DNA from: Nitrospirota bacterium
GTDB taxonomy: Bacteria > Nitrospirota > Nitrospiria > JACQBZ01
Length of the DNA stretch: 64,000 bases
NCBI GenBank assembly: GCA_016194285.1
Contig: JACQBZ010000028.1
Coordinates: 25,320-89,319 of the forward strand
Reading direction: 5' to 3'
The stretch's first letter is position 1, and each line of letters starts with the position of its first letter. This document shows, in pieces, positions 19,721 through 31,880 of the stretch. The position numbers were made by a program, and so were the translations under genes. Below the pieces are notes generated by a model. It was not told the origin of the DNA. It saw nothing but the letters and a program-made list of their open reading frames with translations, and ran no database searches.

Positions 19721-21313
19721 TCATCCTCCCGGTCGGTTCTGGGTTTGTCCCACCCCCCGCGCCAATAAATCCTGCTCCAGGTGAATCAATACATCCCGCC
19801 CCGCGTTTTCAACCACGCCGCGGAACAGAGACTCATCGGCATACAGCTCGTGGACCGAACGGCCGGCCGGCGAGGCCAGTTCCCAGGCCGTTTTATCCCA
19901 GGCCCGCAGGCAGGCCCGTGCGATCAATTTGCTTAAGGGCGGTGGATTGTACAGCATCTTCTTGATCGTGATCGGGTTTAGGGAAAGCGGGTTGTAACCG
20001 CTCGAAAAATATCCTTCCTGAATGAGGCGCTGTTCGAATCCGGTGTGAGGCTGAACCCCGAGGAAGAAAAGCATGGGGAAGACACGGTCTTCACCCAGGA
20101 TTTCGGCGATTTTTTTGTACGAGTCCACGCTTTCCATCAAGGTGGCCTCCGTATCCCCGGGTGAGTTGAGCGAATAGTTCAGAATCAATTTGCCCGTGAA
20201 CCCCGCTTCTTTCAGGTAGCGGCAGCCATCGTAGAGATTGTCCAGGCGAAATCCCATATGCAGTTCGTTGAGAACCGCTTGGGAGCCGGACGTGATCGCC
20301 ACCTCCAGGTCTCCCACCCCGGATCGAACCATCCGGCGGGCCAGGTCGGGCGTGATCAGGCTCGTCCGAATGTAGCCGGACCAGGTCAGCTCCAGATTCT
20401 CGGCGATGATCCGGTCTAGGATTTCGTTGCATTGGGGCAGGGCCTCGCTGCCGGTGATGAACTGCGCATCGGTGAACCAAAACTTTTTTGTTCCCCATTG
20501 ACGGACGTGTTGCAGGATGTCTCCCACCACCCGTTCGGGCGCGCGGTATCGGACCCGTTTTCCCTCGATGTACGGGTATTCGCAGAACTGGCAATCGTAG
20601 GGACACCCGCGTTTCGACTGGACGCCGATACAGTCGTTCTTATAAGCGACGTGTTGGGGGAAGATCGTGGTCAGATAAGGAAGATCGATCGTCATGTCCT
20701 GAATGGATGTGATCGCGGTCTTGACGCCGCGGTAGACTTGAGTGCCGCTGCGCAAGATCGATCGTTCATCGGACAGGTCTTTTCCTTCGATCACCTTCAG
20801 CAACGCATCCTCGCCTTCGCCCAAAAGACCGATCGTGCCCTCCGGAAGCCGGCGGATCAATTGATCGGCGAACACGCTGAAGGCCCCGCCGCCGACGAGA
20901 ATCCGTTTTCCCGGAAACCGCCGGTGGACTGCCCAGAAATAGGACAGGATCTCCTGAATGCCCCGATAATAAGTCCAAAGGTATCCCAATCCCTTAATCG
21001 AGGCGGTCAGCTTCTTAAGAGGGTTGGTGGAATAATAGAAATTAAAGGCGTATTTTAAGGAGGGGTCGCCTTCATGGGGGGCGAACACTTGGATATCCCG
21101 CCAGGAAAAACAGACCAGGTCCGGATCGAATTGACGAAGCTGGGCCAGCAGGGTCTTGCGCCGGTGTGCCGGCGGGATCAGCGACAGATCGAGAATTTGC
21201 TGTCGGATGTCGGGATGTTTTTGGTGGACCGCGTCGGCCAGATAGGTCACGCCGAGCGGGTAGACCGGCCGGCAGGGAAGAAAGACATAGAGAATGGAAC
21301 GAACGTCAGGCAT
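19721..21313 (-). CDS. B12-binding domain radical SAM protein
   Basis: CPYDCQFC is a CxxxCxxC radical SAM motif, preceded by an N-terminal cobalamin-binding-like domain. 530 aa. Confidence 0.75.
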   Translation of the reverse strand: MPDVRSILYVFLPCRPVYPLGVTYLADAVHQKHPDIRQQILDLSLIPPAHRRKTLLAQLRQFDPDLVCFSWRDIQVFAPHEGDPSLKYAFNFYYSTNPLKKLTASIKGLGYLWTYYRGIQEILSYFWAVHRRFPGKRILVGGGAFSVFADQLIRRLPEGTIGLLGEGEDALLKVIEGKDLSDERSILRSGTQVYRGVKTAITSIQDMTIDLPYLTTIFPQHVAYKNDCIGVQSKRGCPYDCQFCEYPYIEGKRVRYRAPERVVGDILQHVRQWGTKKFWFTDAQFITGSEALPQCNEILDRIIAENLELTWSGYIRTSLITPDLARRMVRSGVGDLEVAITSGSQAVLNELHMGFRLDNLYDGCRYLKEAGFTGKLILNYSLNSPGDTEATLMESVDSYKKIAEILGEDRVFPMLFFLGVQPHTGFEQRLIQEGYFSSGYNPLSLNPITIKKMLYNPPPLSKLIARACLRAWDKTAWELASPAGRSVHELYADESLFRGVVENAGRDVLIHLEQDLLARGVGQTQNRPGG

Positions 21314-21361
21314 GGCGGATTTACGATAACACAGGCCGATGGGCTATGCAACCGACTCCAT

Positions 21362-21641
21362 GATGATACCCTGTTCGACTGGACCCTCACTGCTCCGACG
21401 GCGTTTGTTTGACCCGGCTAAGGCTCGGCCGCTAAATTCTGGCAAGGTAAGGCAGCCATAATTTGCCTGGAAGCGAGCATCGGGCTATGCCCGTGCGAGC
21501 GTGGGGCTTGGGGGCATCGGAGGACGTTGGTCACATCATCCGCACGGGCCCCCAATTATAATAGCCCGCGTCCTTCGCCAAGCCGGGAGCCCAAACAAAC
21601 GCCAAGTCGCAGTCCGGGCCTCAGCCGAACAGGGTATCATC
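21362..21641. repeat. Nested inverted-repeat element (about 50-bp imperfect terminal IRs with 16-bp perfect ends, plus an inner IR)
   Basis: GATGATACCCTGTTCG at 21362-21377 vs CGAACAGGGTATCATC at 21626-21641. Inner arms are GCGTTTGTTTG / CAAACAAACGC. The inner IR is cgggctatgcccgtgcg (21481-21497) vs cgcacgggc...atagcccg (21541-21568). Confidence 0.55.
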
Positions 21642-21693
21642 CAGGTTGGTTGACCAGATGTCGCAATATTGAACTCGTACAGGAGCATCTATC

Positions 21694-22107
21694 ATGACCC
21701 CTGCGGAAAAATACGAACGCTACTCCGCCACGTTGCGGATTTTTGGGAAGATCGAGGATATGAATGTGATCAGCATGCGCCTCGGGCTTGAGCCGACGCG
21801 GGTCCGTCGCCGAGGGGAGCCGGTTGAAGGAACGTCGGACCGGCTGGAATTTGATTTTTGGGAGATGACCGCGCCGGTGACGAAGGACCGGCCGCTGGAG
21901 GATCATCTGGCCTGGCTGAAGTCAAGGCTGGTTCCTCGAGGGTTCGTCCTTCGAGACATCCGGACGGCTTTATCGGTCGATCTGTTTTGCGAATATCGAT
22001 CCAATCACGGTCAGGGCGGGTTCAGTCTGCCGCCGGAGGCTCTGGCGTGGCTTGCGGAGCTCGGAATCGGACTTGATGTGGCGGTGGTGTTTGAAAAGGA
22101 GACGTAG
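21694..22107 (+). CDS. DUF4279-like hypothetical protein
   Basis: 137-aa ORF; the family call is from memory. Confidence 0.45.
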   Translation: MTPAEKYERYSATLRIFGKIEDMNVISMRLGLEPTRVRRRGEPVEGTSDRLEFDFWEMTAPVTKDRPLEDHLAWLKSRLVPRGFVLRDIRTALSVDLFCEYRSNHGQGGFSLPPEALAWLAELGIGLDVAVVFEKET

Positions 22108-22132
22108 GGACACAGCATGCTGTGTCCCTACA

Positions 22133-22906
22133 TTAATGCGGTTTCACCCCCACATGAATCGCCACGATTCCGCCGGTGAGGTTCCGGTAGGATACGGGAG
22201 AGAAGCCCGTTTCCGAGAACAACGCCTTGAGCCGTTCCTGATCCGGAAAGGCCCGTATCGAGGCCGGGAGATAGTCATAGACGCCGGTTTGATCGTGCGA
22301 GACGAGTCTTCCGATTCGGGGAAGAATCGTGAACGAGTAAAGATCGTACAGTTTTCGCAACGGTGCATTGGTGGGACGGGAGAATTCCAGACAGACGGCC
22401 CGTCCGCCCGGTTTTAAGACACGAAACATTTCACGCAAAGCCGCCTGGATATCGGCGACGTTGCGGATTCCGAAGGCCACGGTCACGACACGGAAGGTCC
22501 GGTCGCAGAACTGGAGCGATTCGGCGTTTCCCTGGAGCAACGTGATATGGCCGTTCAGCCGCAGCCGCTCGATCTTCCGTCGACCGTAATCCAGCATCCG
22601 TTCATTCAAGTCCAAGCCGATCACCTGTCCCTTCGACCCGACCTGTCGGGCCAGCAATACGGCCAGATCCCCCGTGCCGGTGCAAAGATCGAGGACGGCG
22701 TCGCCCTCGGCCGCCTCGCTCGACCGGACCGCCTCCCGCTTCCAGGCATGGTGAAGACCGAGCGAAAGAAGGGTGTTGTTGAGGTCATACCGGTGGGCGA
22801 TCGCCGTGAACATTTTTTGCACGGCCTGTTCTTTCTGGGGTGCGGTGGGTAACGAGGAAACCGGCTGCATCGGGGTATTCGTAACACCATTCGAGGCCGT
22901 TGTCAA
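22133..22906 (-). CDS. ubiE: Demethylmenaquinone/ubiquinone biosynthesis C-methyltransferase UbiE/MenG
   Basis: VLDLCTGTGD...LKPGGRAVCLEFS is a class I SAM MTase of the UbiE type. Confidence 0.85.
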   Translation of the reverse strand: MTTASNGVTNTPMQPVSSLPTAPQKEQAVQKMFTAIAHRYDLNNTLLSLGLHHAWKREAVRSSEAAEGDAVLDLCTGTGDLAVLLARQVGSKGQVIGLDLNERMLDYGRRKIERLRLNGHITLLQGNAESLQFCDRTFRVVTVAFGIRNVADIQAALREMFRVLKPGGRAVCLEFSRPTNAPLRKLYDLYSFTILPRIGRLVSHDQTGVYDYLPASIRAFPDQERLKALFSETGFSPVSYRNLTGGIVAIHVGVKPH

Positions 22907-22972
22907 TGGGTGGACGACCGGAAGCCGGACATGATATACTACAAAATTCCAACCGCTGTTTGAGGTTCATGG

Positions 22973-25816
22973 ATGCAACAGAAAGAGATCATCATCCGCG
23001 GCGCGCGCGAGCATAATTTAAGAAACATCGACGTCGTGATTCCCCGTGACAAACTGGTCGTGATCACCGGGCTGTCCGGCTCCGGGAAATCCTCGCTCGC
23101 CTTCGACACGATTTACGCCGAGGGCCAGCGCCGCTATGTGGAATCCCTCTCGGCGTACGCACGCCAATTTTTAGAGCAGATGGACAAGCCGGATCTGGAC
23201 TCGATCGATGGGCTTTCACCCGCCATCTCGATCGAGCAAAAGACGACCAGCCATAACCCGCGGTCGACCGTCGGAACCGTGACCGAGATCTACGACTACC
23301 TGCGCGTCCTGTTCGCGCGGGTCGGCCGGCCTCACTGTCCCCAATGCGGCCGCGTGATCGCGGCGCAGACGGTTCAGCAGATGGTCGATCAGGTGATGAC
23401 CTGGCCCGCCGGATCCAAGATCCAGATTTTTGCTCCGATCGTCCGCGGCCGAAAAGGGGAATATCGCAAGGAACTGCTCCAGCTCCGCAAAGGCGGTTTC
23501 ACCCGCGTCCGGGTCAACGGACAGCTCCGGGATCTGTCGGAAGAGATCGCCCTAGACAAAAAGAAGAAACAGACAATCGAAGTTTTGATCGACCGGCTGG
23601 TGGTCAAAGACGGGATTCAGAAACGGCTGGCCGATTCGATCGAGACAGCGTTGCGCCTACCGGCAGGATTGGCGGGCCTGACCGAGGGGATCATCCTCCT
23701 TCATCGCGACGGGGAGGAGGTCCTGTTCAGCGAAAAGCTGGCCTGCATCGAATGCGGGATCAGCCTTCCCGAACTGACGCCCCGCGTCTTCTCGTTCAAC
23801 AATCCCCACGGCGCCTGCCCGGCCTGCGGCGGCCTCGGAATGACGATGGACCTGGATCCCGACTTGATCATCCCGGACAAGAACCGCTCCCTCCGCGAGG
23901 GGGCGATCAAGCCGTGGGAAAAACGGTTCTCGGTCTATTATTATCAGATGCTGGAAGCGGTCGCGAAACATTACGGGTTCGATCTTCGGATCCCGTTCAA
24001 GGATCTCAAGCCGGAGCACCAGCGGGTTCTTCTGTACGGCTCCGGGTCGGAGGAGGTCACCTTCCATTACGATAGCGACGGCCACCGGCACCCCTACCAC
24101 CGGCCGTTCGAGGGCGTGATCGGAAATCTCCATCGGCGTTTTCGCGAAACGGATTCCAGCTATATCCGCGAAGAGATCGCCCGGTACATGGGCAGCCATC
24201 CCTGCAAGGTCTGCAAGGGCGAGCGGCTCAAACCGGAGAGCCTCGCCGTGAGGATCGGGGAAAAGTCGATCGCCGAGGTGGCGCGCTTCTCGATCAAAGA
24301 GGCGGACGTTTTCTTTGCCGGCCTGAGGCTGACCGAGCGGGAGGCGTTTATCGCCCACCGTATCTTGAAAGAGATCAAGGAACGACTCGGATTTTTGATG
24401 AACGTGGGTCTGGACTACCTCACGCTCGACCGCGCCGCGGCCACGCTGTCCGGCGGCGAGGGACAGCGGATCCGGCTCGCAACGCAGATCGGTTCCTCGC
24501 TGACCGGGGTGCTGTACATCCTGGACGAGCCCAGCATCGGCCTGCACCAGCGGGATAATCGCCGGCTGCTGGACACGCTGATCCGCCTGCGGGATCTGGG
24601 CAACACGGTCCTCGTGGTGGAGCACGACGAGGAGACGATCCGCTCGGCGGACCACGTGATCGATATGGGGCCGGGGGCCGGGATCCACGGCGGTGAGATC
24701 GTGGCCGAGGGAACGCCCGAAGCGATCACGGTCCACGAGAAGTCCCTGACGGGAAAATATCTTCGCCGGGATCTGGTGATCTCCCTTCCCAAGCGGCACC
24801 GATCGCCGCAGAAATTTTTAAAGATCATCGAGGCCCGTGAGAATAATCTCAAGAACATCGATGTTCCGATCCCGTTGGGCCTTTTTACCTGCATCACGGG
24901 CGTGTCGGGATCGGGCAAGAGCACCCTGGTCTTGGAGGTTCTGTACAAAAACCTTGCGCAGCGGCTGTACCGTGCGACGGACCGTCCCGGGGCCTGCAAC
25001 CAGATCAAGGGGCTGGAGCATCTCGACAAGGTGATCAACATCGACCAGTCGCCCATCGGCCGAACGCCCCGGTCCAACCCGGCCACCTACACCGGCCTGT
25101 TTACCTTCGTCCGCGATCTGTTCACCCAGCTTCCCGAATCCCGGATGCGGGGCTACAAGGCCGGACGGTACAGCTTCAACGTCAAGGGCGGCCGTTGCGA
25201 GGCCTGCCAGGGGGACGGCGTGATCAAGATTGAGATGCATTTTCTTCCGGACGTCTACGTCACCTGCGAGGTCTGCAAGGGCAAGCGCTATAATCGCGAG
25301 ACGCTTGAAATCACCTACAAGGGAAAAACGATCGCGGACATTCTGGACATGGCGGTGGATGAGGCCGCCGCCTTTTTCTCGGCGATCCCGCACATCAAGC
25401 AAAAACTCGAAACGCTGCAGGACGTCGGGCTGGGCTACGTTCATATGGGTCAGTCGGCCACGACGCTTTCCGGTGGCGAAGCGCAGCGCGTAAAACTCTC
25501 CCGCGAGTTGTCCAGGCGGGCGACCGGGCAGACGTTGTATATATTAGACGAGCCTACGACCGGCCTCCATTTCGCCGACATCCAAAAACTGTTGGACGTC
25601 TTGAATCGACTCGTCGATGCCGGAAACAGCGTTGTCGTGATCGAGCACAACCTGGACGTGATCAAGAATTCCGATTGGGTGATCGATCTGGGGCCGGAGG
25701 GCGGAGACTTGGGCGGCGAAGTCATCGCGACCGGCACGCCGGAGCAGCTCGGGCAGATCAAATCGTCCTACACGGGGCAGTTTTTGAAAAAAGCGATGTC
25801 ATCGGTGGGTCAATAA
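22973..25816 (+). CDS. uvrA: Excinuclease ABC subunit A
   Basis: 947 aa with two ABC ATPase modules ([12 protein letters not shown]; [10 protein letters not shown]) and Zn-finger Cys clusters. Confidence 0.97.
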   Translation: MQQKEIIIRGAREHNLRNIDVVIPRDKLVVITGLSGSGKSSLAFDTIYAEGQRRYVESLSAYARQFLEQMDKPDLDSIDGLSPAISIEQKTTSHNPRSTVGTVTEIYDYLRVLFARVGRPHCPQCGRVIAAQTVQQMVDQVMTWPAGSKIQIFAPIVRGRKGEYRKELLQLRKGGFTRVRVNGQLRDLSEEIALDKKKKQTIEVLIDRLVVKDGIQKRLADSIETALRLPAGLAGLTEGIILLHRDGEEVLFSEKLACIECGISLPELTPRVFSFNNPHGACPACGGLGMTMDLDPDLIIPDKNRSLREGAIKPWEKRFSVYYYQMLEAVAKHYGFDLRIPFKDLKPEHQRVLLYGSGSEEVTFHYDSDGHRHPYHRPFEGVIGNLHRRFRETDSSYIREEIARYMGSHPCKVCKGERLKPESLAVRIGEKSIAEVARFSIKEADVFFAGLRLTEREAFIAHRILKEIKERLGFLMNVGLDYLTLDRAAATLSGGEGQRIRLATQIGSSLTGVLYILDEPSIGLHQRDNRRLLDTLIRLRDLGNTVLVVEHDEETIRSADHVIDMGPGAGIHGGEIVAEGTPEAITVHEKSLTGKYLRRDLVISLPKRHRSPQKFLKIIEARENNLKNIDVPIPLGLFTCITGVSGSGKSTLVLEVLYKNLAQRLYRATDRPGACNQIKGLEHLDKVINIDQSPIGRTPRSNPATYTGLFTFVRDLFTQLPESRMRGYKAGRYSFNVKGGRCEACQGDGVIKIEMHFLPDVYVTCEVCKGKRYNRETLEITYKGKTIADILDMAVDEAAAFFSAIPHIKQKLETLQDVGLGYVHMGQSATTLSGGEAQRVKLSRELSRRATGQTLYILDEPTTGLHFADIQKLLDVLNRLVDAGNSVVVIEHNLDVIKNSDWVIDLGPEGGDLGGEVIATGTPEQLGQIKSSYTGQFLKKAMSSVGQ

Positions 25817-27874
25817 ATGAAGAGCCGTTGGTCGGATAAAGAGGCGATGGGGCTGGAGGGGTTGGATGTTTTGGTCTACACCTCCCGGCTGATCGGGATG
25901 GATACGAACCTCGTTGTCTGGGGCGGGGGAAATTCGTCCGTGAAAGTGAAAGGGACGGATCATACCGGCCGGCCGATCCGGATCCTCTGGATGAAGAGCT
26001 CCGGTTCGGATATGAGGACGATCACCCCCAAACAATTCACCCCGCTGCGGTTAGACGACCTGCTGCCGCTGATGAAGCGGGACGCGATGACGGACGACGA
26101 GATGGTGGCCTATCAATCCAGATCCATCCTGGAGCCGGGCGCGCCGAAGCCCTCGATCGAGACGCTGCTCCATGCGTTTCTCCCGCCGACCCATATCTAC
26201 CACACCCATGCCGACGCGATCTGCGCATTGACCGACACGCCGAACAGCGATGAGATCATCGAAAAGGTATACGGGAAAAGTGTTGCGGTGATTCCCTATT
26301 TCCGCCCGGGTTTTCTCCTTTCCAAACGTACGGGCGAGGCCTATGTCAAACGTCCCGGGCTTCGCGCGATTATTTTAGACAAACATGGGCTGATTACCTG
26401 GGGCGAGTCGGCCAAAGAGGCCTATCTCGAGACCATCCGGATGATCACCTTGGCCGAGCACTATCTCGGACGGCGAAGACGGCCCCGTGTGCGGTCGGTC
26501 CGTCCCCCGGTCTCAAAAGAAACCCGCCATGCCGTCGCGTCCGCGATCGCCCCGACGCTTCGCGGCGAGATCGGCCGAGGGAAACGGATGGTCCTGTTTT
26601 ACGACGACGATCCCGCGGTGTTTCAGTTCATCCATGATCCGAAGGCCAAATCGTTGTCGCAGATTGGGCCGTTCACGCCGGATCACTTGATGCATACGAA
26701 ACCCTGGCCGCTGTTTCTGGAGGTAAAGGGTTCAAGCCGGCCTGATCCGGAGAAGATCGCGGCGGCACTTTCAAAATCGCTCGCGCAGTATCGAGAGCGG
26801 TACGTTGATTATTTCAACCGGCACAAGACGCCGGGCGTCACGATTCTGGACCCGAATCCGCGCGTGATCCTGATTCCGGGCGTGGGGATGTTCACGACCG
26901 GAAAAGACCGGCGGGCGAGCCGCATCACGCGGGATATTTATAAGCATACCGTTCAGGTCATTCAGAACAGCGCGGCGGTTTCGTCCTATGTCTCGTTGTC
27001 TCCTCGGGAGCTGTGCGATTTCGAGTACTGGCCGATGGAGAATTTCAAGCTGACGCTCCTCCCGCCCGAGAAGGAATTGTCCCGACGGGTCGCGCTGGTC
27101 ACCGGTGCGGCCGGGGGGATCGGAAAGGCGATCGCCGAGCGGCTCGCCGTAGAAGGAGCCATGGTCGTCCTGACCGACATCGATTTGGAAAAAACCCGCA
27201 CCATCGCCGAAGCGATCAATCAGAAGATGGGCGAGATGAATTCAATCGCCCTCAAGATGGACGTGGCCAGCGAGTCCTCGGTGCGAAAGGCTTTTGAGAA
27301 TGCGGTCCTGGCTTATGGTGGGCTTGACATCCTCGTCTCGAACGCCGGGATCGCGAAATCATCGCCGGTCGACCGGCTGTCGCTTTCGGACTGGGATCGC
27401 TCGATCGCCGTCAACGCCACCGGCCATTTTCTTGTAAGCCGTGAGGCGCTCCGGATCTTTAAAGCGCAGGGCCTCGGCGGGAATATCGTGGTCGTCGCCA
27501 CCAAAAATGTCCTCGCGCCGGGAAAAGATTTCGGGGCCTACTCGGCCTCCAAGGCGGCCCAGACCCAGCTCTCGCGCATCCTCGCGATCGAGGGCGCGGA
27601 TGATCGCATCCGCGTGAACATGGTCAATCCGGACGGCGTGTTTCAGGAGTCCGGACTCTGGTCCAAAGAGATACGGGAAGAACGGGCCAAGGCCCACGGC
27701 ATCCCGATCGAGAAGCTCGAGGATTTCTATGCGCGACGCAATCTTCTAAAGACGCGGATCTATCCCGGCGACGTGGCCGAGGCCGTGCTGTTCTTCGCCT
27801 CGGACCGCTCGGCCAAAACCACCGGCGCCATCCTTCCCGTCGACGGCGGCATCCGCGAGGCGTTTCCACGGTAA
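25817..27874 (+). CDS. Bifunctional class II aldolase (rhamnulose-1-phosphate aldolase-like) / short-chain dehydrogenase
   Basis: N-terminal aldolase_II domain plus C-terminal SDR ([10 protein letters not shown]...YSASKAA). Confidence 0.8.
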   Translation: MKSRWSDKEAMGLEGLDVLVYTSRLIGMDTNLVVWGGGNSSVKVKGTDHTGRPIRILWMKSSGSDMRTITPKQFTPLRLDDLLPLMKRDAMTDDEMVAYQSRSILEPGAPKPSIETLLHAFLPPTHIYHTHADAICALTDTPNSDEIIEKVYGKSVAVIPYFRPGFLLSKRTGEAYVKRPGLRAIILDKHGLITWGESAKEAYLETIRMITLAEHYLGRRRRPRVRSVRPPVSKETRHAVASAIAPTLRGEIGRGKRMVLFYDDDPAVFQFIHDPKAKSLSQIGPFTPDHLMHTKPWPLFLEVKGSSRPDPEKIAAALSKSLAQYRERYVDYFNRHKTPGVTILDPNPRVILIPGVGMFTTGKDRRASRITRDIYKHTVQVIQNSAAVSSYVSLSPRELCDFEYWPMENFKLTLLPPEKELSRRVALVTGAAGGIGKAIAERLAVEGAMVVLTDIDLEKTRTIAEAINQKMGEMNSIALKMDVASESSVRKAFENAVLAYGGLDILVSNAGIAKSSPVDRLSLSDWDRSIAVNATGHFLVSREALRIFKAQGLGGNIVVVATKNVLAPGKDFGAYSASKAAQTQLSRILAIEGADDRIRVNMVNPDGVFQESGLWSKEIREERAKAHGIPIEKLEDFYARRNLLKTRIYPGDVAEAVLFFASDRSAKTTGAILPVDGGIREAFPR

Positions 27875-27971
27875 CGCGCGCATTTCTCCTTTTGTTCACC
27901 CTGAATCCTGCCTTTCCCCGCTTGAAATTCCGACGGGGTTCGACTATACTTTCATTGTATCGGAGGCGACC

Positions 27972-28985
27972 ATGCTGATCGTCATGCGACAGGATGCCAC
28001 CGCGGAGCAGATCAATGCGGTGGCTGAAAAGATAAAGGCGCTGGGTTTTAAACCCCATGCCATCCCCGGCAGTGAGCGCACGGCCATCGGGATTACGGGG
28101 AACCGCGGTTCCGTAGACGCCGACCTCTTCGAGCTTCTGCCGGGCGTGGCCCAGGCGATTCCGGTCAGCCAGCCCTTTAAGTTGGTGTCGGCGGAGGTCA
28201 AGCCCGAACGCACGGTTGTGAATGTGAACGGTGCCACTATCGGCGGCGAATCGTTGGCCGTGATGGCCGGCCCTTGCTCCGTTGAAAGCGAGGCCCAGAT
28301 TTTGGCTTGCGCACGGGCCGCCAAGGCCGCCGGCGCGCAGTTTCTTCGAGGCGGGGCGTTCAAGCCGCGCACCAGCCCATACGATTTTCAGGGACTCAAA
28401 GAGGAGGGGCTCAAACTCCTGGCGCTCGCGCGCGAAGAGACCGGTCTGAAGGTGGTGACCGAGGTGATGAGCCCCGGATCGGTGGATCTGGTGGCGCGCT
28501 ATGCGGACGTGCTCCAGATCGGAGCCCGCAACATGCAGAACTTTCCGCTCTTGGAGGAGGTCGGCGATGCCAAGCGACCCGTGTTGCTGAAGCGGGGTCT
28601 GAGCGCCACGCTCAAGGAGCTCTTGATGGCCGCCGAATACATCGCCTCGCGCGGCAATTACGAGATCGTGCTGTGTGAGCGAGGCATCCGGACGTTTGAG
28701 ACCATGACCCGCAACACTTTGGATCTGGGCGCGGTCATCGTGCTCAAACAGCTCTCCCACCTACCGGTGATTGTGGATCCCTCCCATGGATTCGGATTGC
28801 GCTACGGCGTCATTCCCCTGGCGCGCGCGGGCGTGGCGGTGGGCGCGGATGGATTGATGGTGGAGATCCATCCCGAGCCGGAACGCGCCCTCTCCGACGG
28901 TCCTCAATCCTTAACCCTGCCCATGTTTCAGGAGTTGATGCAGCAGGTCCGACGTGTGGCCGCCTCCGTCGGCCGCCGCATCTAA
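27972..28985 (+). CDS. 3-deoxy-7-phosphoheptulonate (DAHP) synthase, class I-beta with N-terminal regulatory domain (paralog 1)
   Basis: GPCSVES...[16 protein letters not shown]...KRG is the DAHP/KDO8P synthase fold with an N-terminal ACT-like extension. Confidence 0.85.
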   Translation: MLIVMRQDATAEQINAVAEKIKALGFKPHAIPGSERTAIGITGNRGSVDADLFELLPGVAQAIPVSQPFKLVSAEVKPERTVVNVNGATIGGESLAVMAGPCSVESEAQILACARAAKAAGAQFLRGGAFKPRTSPYDFQGLKEEGLKLLALAREETGLKVVTEVMSPGSVDLVARYADVLQIGARNMQNFPLLEEVGDAKRPVLLKRGLSATLKELLMAAEYIASRGNYEIVLCERGIRTFETMTRNTLDLGAVIVLKQLSHLPVIVDPSHGFGLRYGVIPLARAGVAVGADGLMVEIHPEPERALSDGPQSLTLPMFQELMQQVRRVAASVGRRI

Positions 28986-28993
28986 AACAGCCG

Positions 28994-29644
28994 TTGATGC
29001 ATGCATGGATTGTCATTTGGTTCGGGCTGGTGCGCGACTGGGGCTATCCGGGAATCGTGCTGTTGATGGCGATGGAGAGCTCCGTCCTCCCGCTTCCAAG
29101 CGAAGTGGTGATTCCTCCGGCGGCCTACTGGGCGGCGCAGGGAAAGTATAATTTTTGGGGCGTGATCCTGGCCGGGACGGTCGGAAGCTATCTCGGCGCG
29201 GCCGTCATGTACTGGGCGTCCCGATGGATCGGCCGGCCGCTCGTCGTGCGGTACGGAAAATATTTTTTCATTCCTGAATCGAAATTGCTCCGCGCCGAGC
29301 GGTGGCTGGCGCGATATGAGGTCGGAGGGATTTTCTTCGCACGGCTCCTCCCCGTTGTGCGGCATCTGATCGGCCTCCCGGCCGGAATCGTCCGGATGAA
29401 TTTTAGGACTTACAGTTTCATGACAATCGTCGGCTCGGCGGTCTGGTGCACCGTGCTGGCCTGGTTCGGGGCCGAGGTGATCGGCGACCGGCCCGAGCTG
29501 CTCAATAATCCGCAACAGATGATCCAGGTCCTGACCGACCGGTTCCACTGGTTCGTGGGCCTCATCCTGCTCTTAACCGTTCTTTACATCGTCGTCATGC
29601 GCCTCACCGCCAAGCCCGAGCTGGCGCGTCCGAACCTGGAATAA
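28994..29644 (+). CDS. DedA/SNARE-associated family membrane protein
   Basis: 216-aa membrane protein with a DedA-type ...ARLLPVVRHLIGLPAG... motif. Confidence 0.75.
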   Translation: MMHAWIVIWFGLVRDWGYPGIVLLMAMESSVLPLPSEVVIPPAAYWAAQGKYNFWGVILAGTVGSYLGAAVMYWASRWIGRPLVVRYGKYFFIPESKLLRAERWLARYEVGGIFFARLLPVVRHLIGLPAGIVRMNFRTYSFMTIVGSAVWCTVLAWFGAEVIGDRPELLNNPQQMIQVLTDRFHWFVGLILLLTVLYIVVMRLTAKPELARPNLE

Positions 29645-29663
29645 GCCCGCCTCCGCGGTCGTG

Positions 29664-29742
29664 TCTCGAATCAAAATCCTCTCGGATTCTCAAAGGTCGG
29701 TATATTGATTTTTAGTCGGTTTAGGCATATCCTTGTTCCGGA
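29664..29742 (+). repeat. Copy A of a ~75-nt conserved intergenic element (promoter-like: TTGATT-17-TATCCT; small hairpin AATCC.TCTC.GGATT)
   Basis: About 85% identical to 32442-32520. Confidence 0.6.
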
Positions 29743-29790
29743 ATTCCACGCGACTCTCATCTTGGGACCTAGACGGCGGAAGCGGAGGCG

Positions 29791-31866
29791 ATGCCCGTGG
29801 GCAAGGATCTTCCTTTTTTTAACCTTTACAACCATGCGTTCGTGCGTGTGGCGGTGGCGATTCCCGAAGTCCGGGTGGCCGATCCCGCGTATAACGCCCG
29901 CCAGACGATCGCGCTCATGGAGCGGGCCGCGGAGCGGAACGTCCTGCACGTACTGTTTCCGGAGCTGGGGTTATCCGCCTATTCCTGTGAGGACTTGTTC
30001 CATCAACGGGCCCTCCTCGACGGCTGCGACGAGGGCCTCGCCGAGGTTCTGAACGCATCTAAAAAAATCCCGGTGATCGCCGTCGTCGGACTGCCGCTGC
30101 AGGTCGACAGCTTGCTTTTCAACTGCGCCGTGGTGCTGTATCGCGGGCAGGTGCTCGGGGTGATCCCGAAGACGTATCTTCCCAATTACCGCGAGTTCTA
30201 TGAGTTGCGCCAGTTCACGCCGGCCGACTGCGCCCTGCGCCGCACGATCGACCTCTTGGGTCATCGCGATGTGCCCTTTGGCAACCGGCTCTTGTTTCAG
30301 ATCGAAGACCAACCCCGTTATACTTTTTACGTCGAGATCTGCGAGGATTTATGGGTTCCCATCCCGCCCTCCTCGCTGGCCTCGCTGGCCGGCGCCACGG
30401 TCCTTTTCAATCTTTCCGCGTCCAACATTACGGTGGGCAAAGAAGACTACCGCCGTCAACTGGTCGCCAACCAGTCCGCTCGGTGCCTTGCGGCCTACGT
30501 GTATTCAGCCGCGGGATTCGGCGAGTCCACGACCGACCTCGCCTGGGACGGTCACGGCATGATCTATGAAAACGGGACTCTCGTGGCGGAAACTCCGCGA
30601 TTCACCTACGGCCCCCAATTTATAACGGGCGACCTTGACCTGGAGCGCCTCGTTCAGGACCGCATGCGGCAAAATAGTTTCGCGCAAGCGACCCGTCATC
30701 ACCGGGAAGATCTCGAGGACTTTCGCCTCGTGCGCGTGGCCGCAAAGCTTCCCGACACGGGCCGCATGCTGTTGGATCGCCGGTATGATCGATATCCCTA
30801 TGTCCCCAACGACCCTCGACGACGCGATGAACGGTGTCGCGAAGTCTATGAGATTCAAGTGCAGGGATTGGTCAAGCGTCTGCAGGCGGCCCGGGTGAAT
30901 AAGACGGTGATCGGGGTTTCGGGAGGACTGGATTCCACTCAGGCCCTCCTAGTCTGTGCGAAAGCCATGGATGTGATGGGGCAATCGCGTGAGAACATTC
31001 TGGCCTTCACCCTCCCCGGATTTGCCACAAGCCCGCGCACACGCGAGCAGGCCTGGCATCTGATGAAGACGGTGGGTTGCACCGCCCGCGAGATCGATAT
31101 CCGTCCGAGCTGCAATCAGATGCTCAACGCCATCGGCCACGCCTATGCCCACGGTAAGCCCTTGTACGATACGACGTTTGAGAACGTCCAGGCGGGTGAG
31201 CGGACGAGTCTCCTGTTTCGCGTGGCGAACAAAGAAGGGGCGATCGTCGTGGGGACGAGCGACTTGAGCGAACTGGCACTGGGCTGGTGTACGTACGGAG
31301 TGGGCGACCAGATGGCCCATTACGATGTGAATGCGAGCGTGCCGAAAACGCTGATCCAGTACCTGATTCGTTGGGTCGCCGAGAGCCGGGCGCTGGGTCC
31401 CGATCTGCGTTCCGTGCTCGATGACATTCTCTCGACCGAAATCAGCCCGGAACTCGTTCCCGGGATGGTCAAAGAACAACCCGGCCAGCGCTCGGAAGAC
31501 ATCGTGGGCCCCTATGCGCTGCAGGATTTTCATCTCTATTACACCCTTCGCTTCGGGTACTCGCCACCGATGATCGCTTTTCTCGCCTACTGCGCGTGGC
31601 ATGACAAAGCCGAAGGCCAATGGCCGGATATTCCGGAGGGCCAGCGCCGGGAGTTTACGATCGGAGAGATCAAGCGGTGGCTGGGGGTTTTTCTCAAACG
31701 ATTCTTTCAGGACAGCCAGTTCAAACGGAGCGCATTGCCAAACGCCCCGAAAGTCGGGTCGGGCGGTTCGCTCTCGCCTCGCGGGGACTATCGAGCGCCG
31801 AGTGATAGTGAGGCCAGCGCATGGCTGGCACAGCTCGACGCCGTCCCGAACGAAGAGACGGATTAA
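29791..31866 (+). CDS. nadE: Glutamine-dependent NAD+ synthetase (nitrilase/CN-hydrolase domain + NAD synthetase domain)
   Basis: 691 aa with an N-terminal carbon-nitrogen hydrolase domain (FPELGLSAY) and a C-terminal NadE (GVSGGLDS P-loop). Confidence 0.9.
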   Translation: MPVGKDLPFFNLYNHAFVRVAVAIPEVRVADPAYNARQTIALMERAAERNVLHVLFPELGLSAYSCEDLFHQRALLDGCDEGLAEVLNASKKIPVIAVVGLPLQVDSLLFNCAVVLYRGQVLGVIPKTYLPNYREFYELRQFTPADCALRRTIDLLGHRDVPFGNRLLFQIEDQPRYTFYVEICEDLWVPIPPSSLASLAGATVLFNLSASNITVGKEDYRRQLVANQSARCLAAYVYSAAGFGESTTDLAWDGHGMIYENGTLVAETPRFTYGPQFITGDLDLERLVQDRMRQNSFAQATRHHREDLEDFRLVRVAAKLPDTGRMLLDRRYDRYPYVPNDPRRRDERCREVYEIQVQGLVKRLQAARVNKTVIGVSGGLDSTQALLVCAKAMDVMGQSRENILAFTLPGFATSPRTREQAWHLMKTVGCTAREIDIRPSCNQMLNAIGHAYAHGKPLYDTTFENVQAGERTSLLFRVANKEGAIVVGTSDLSELALGWCTYGVGDQMAHYDVNASVPKTLIQYLIRWVAESRALGPDLRSVLDDILSTEISPELVPGMVKEQPGQRSEDIVGPYALQDFHLYYTLRFGYSPPMIAFLAYCAWHDKAEGQWPDIPEGQRREFTIGEIKRWLGVFLKRFFQDSQFKRSALPNAPKVGSGGSLSPRGDYRAPSDSEASAWLAQLDAVPNEETD

Positions 31867-31880
31867 GGGAAAGGAGAAGA

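Noticed and set aside
23344-24799. Long ORFs (243 aa plus-strand, 380 aa minus-strand) overlapping uvrA
   Set aside because: Alternative-frame or antisense ORFs are common in high-GC DNA. They translate to R/P/G-rich low-complexity sequence, and uvrA on the plus-strand frame is unambiguous.
27624-29548. Minus-strand ORFs (378 and 188 aa) across the aldolase/SDR, DAHP synthase and DedA region
   Set aside because: These are antisense artefacts in GC-rich coding DNA.
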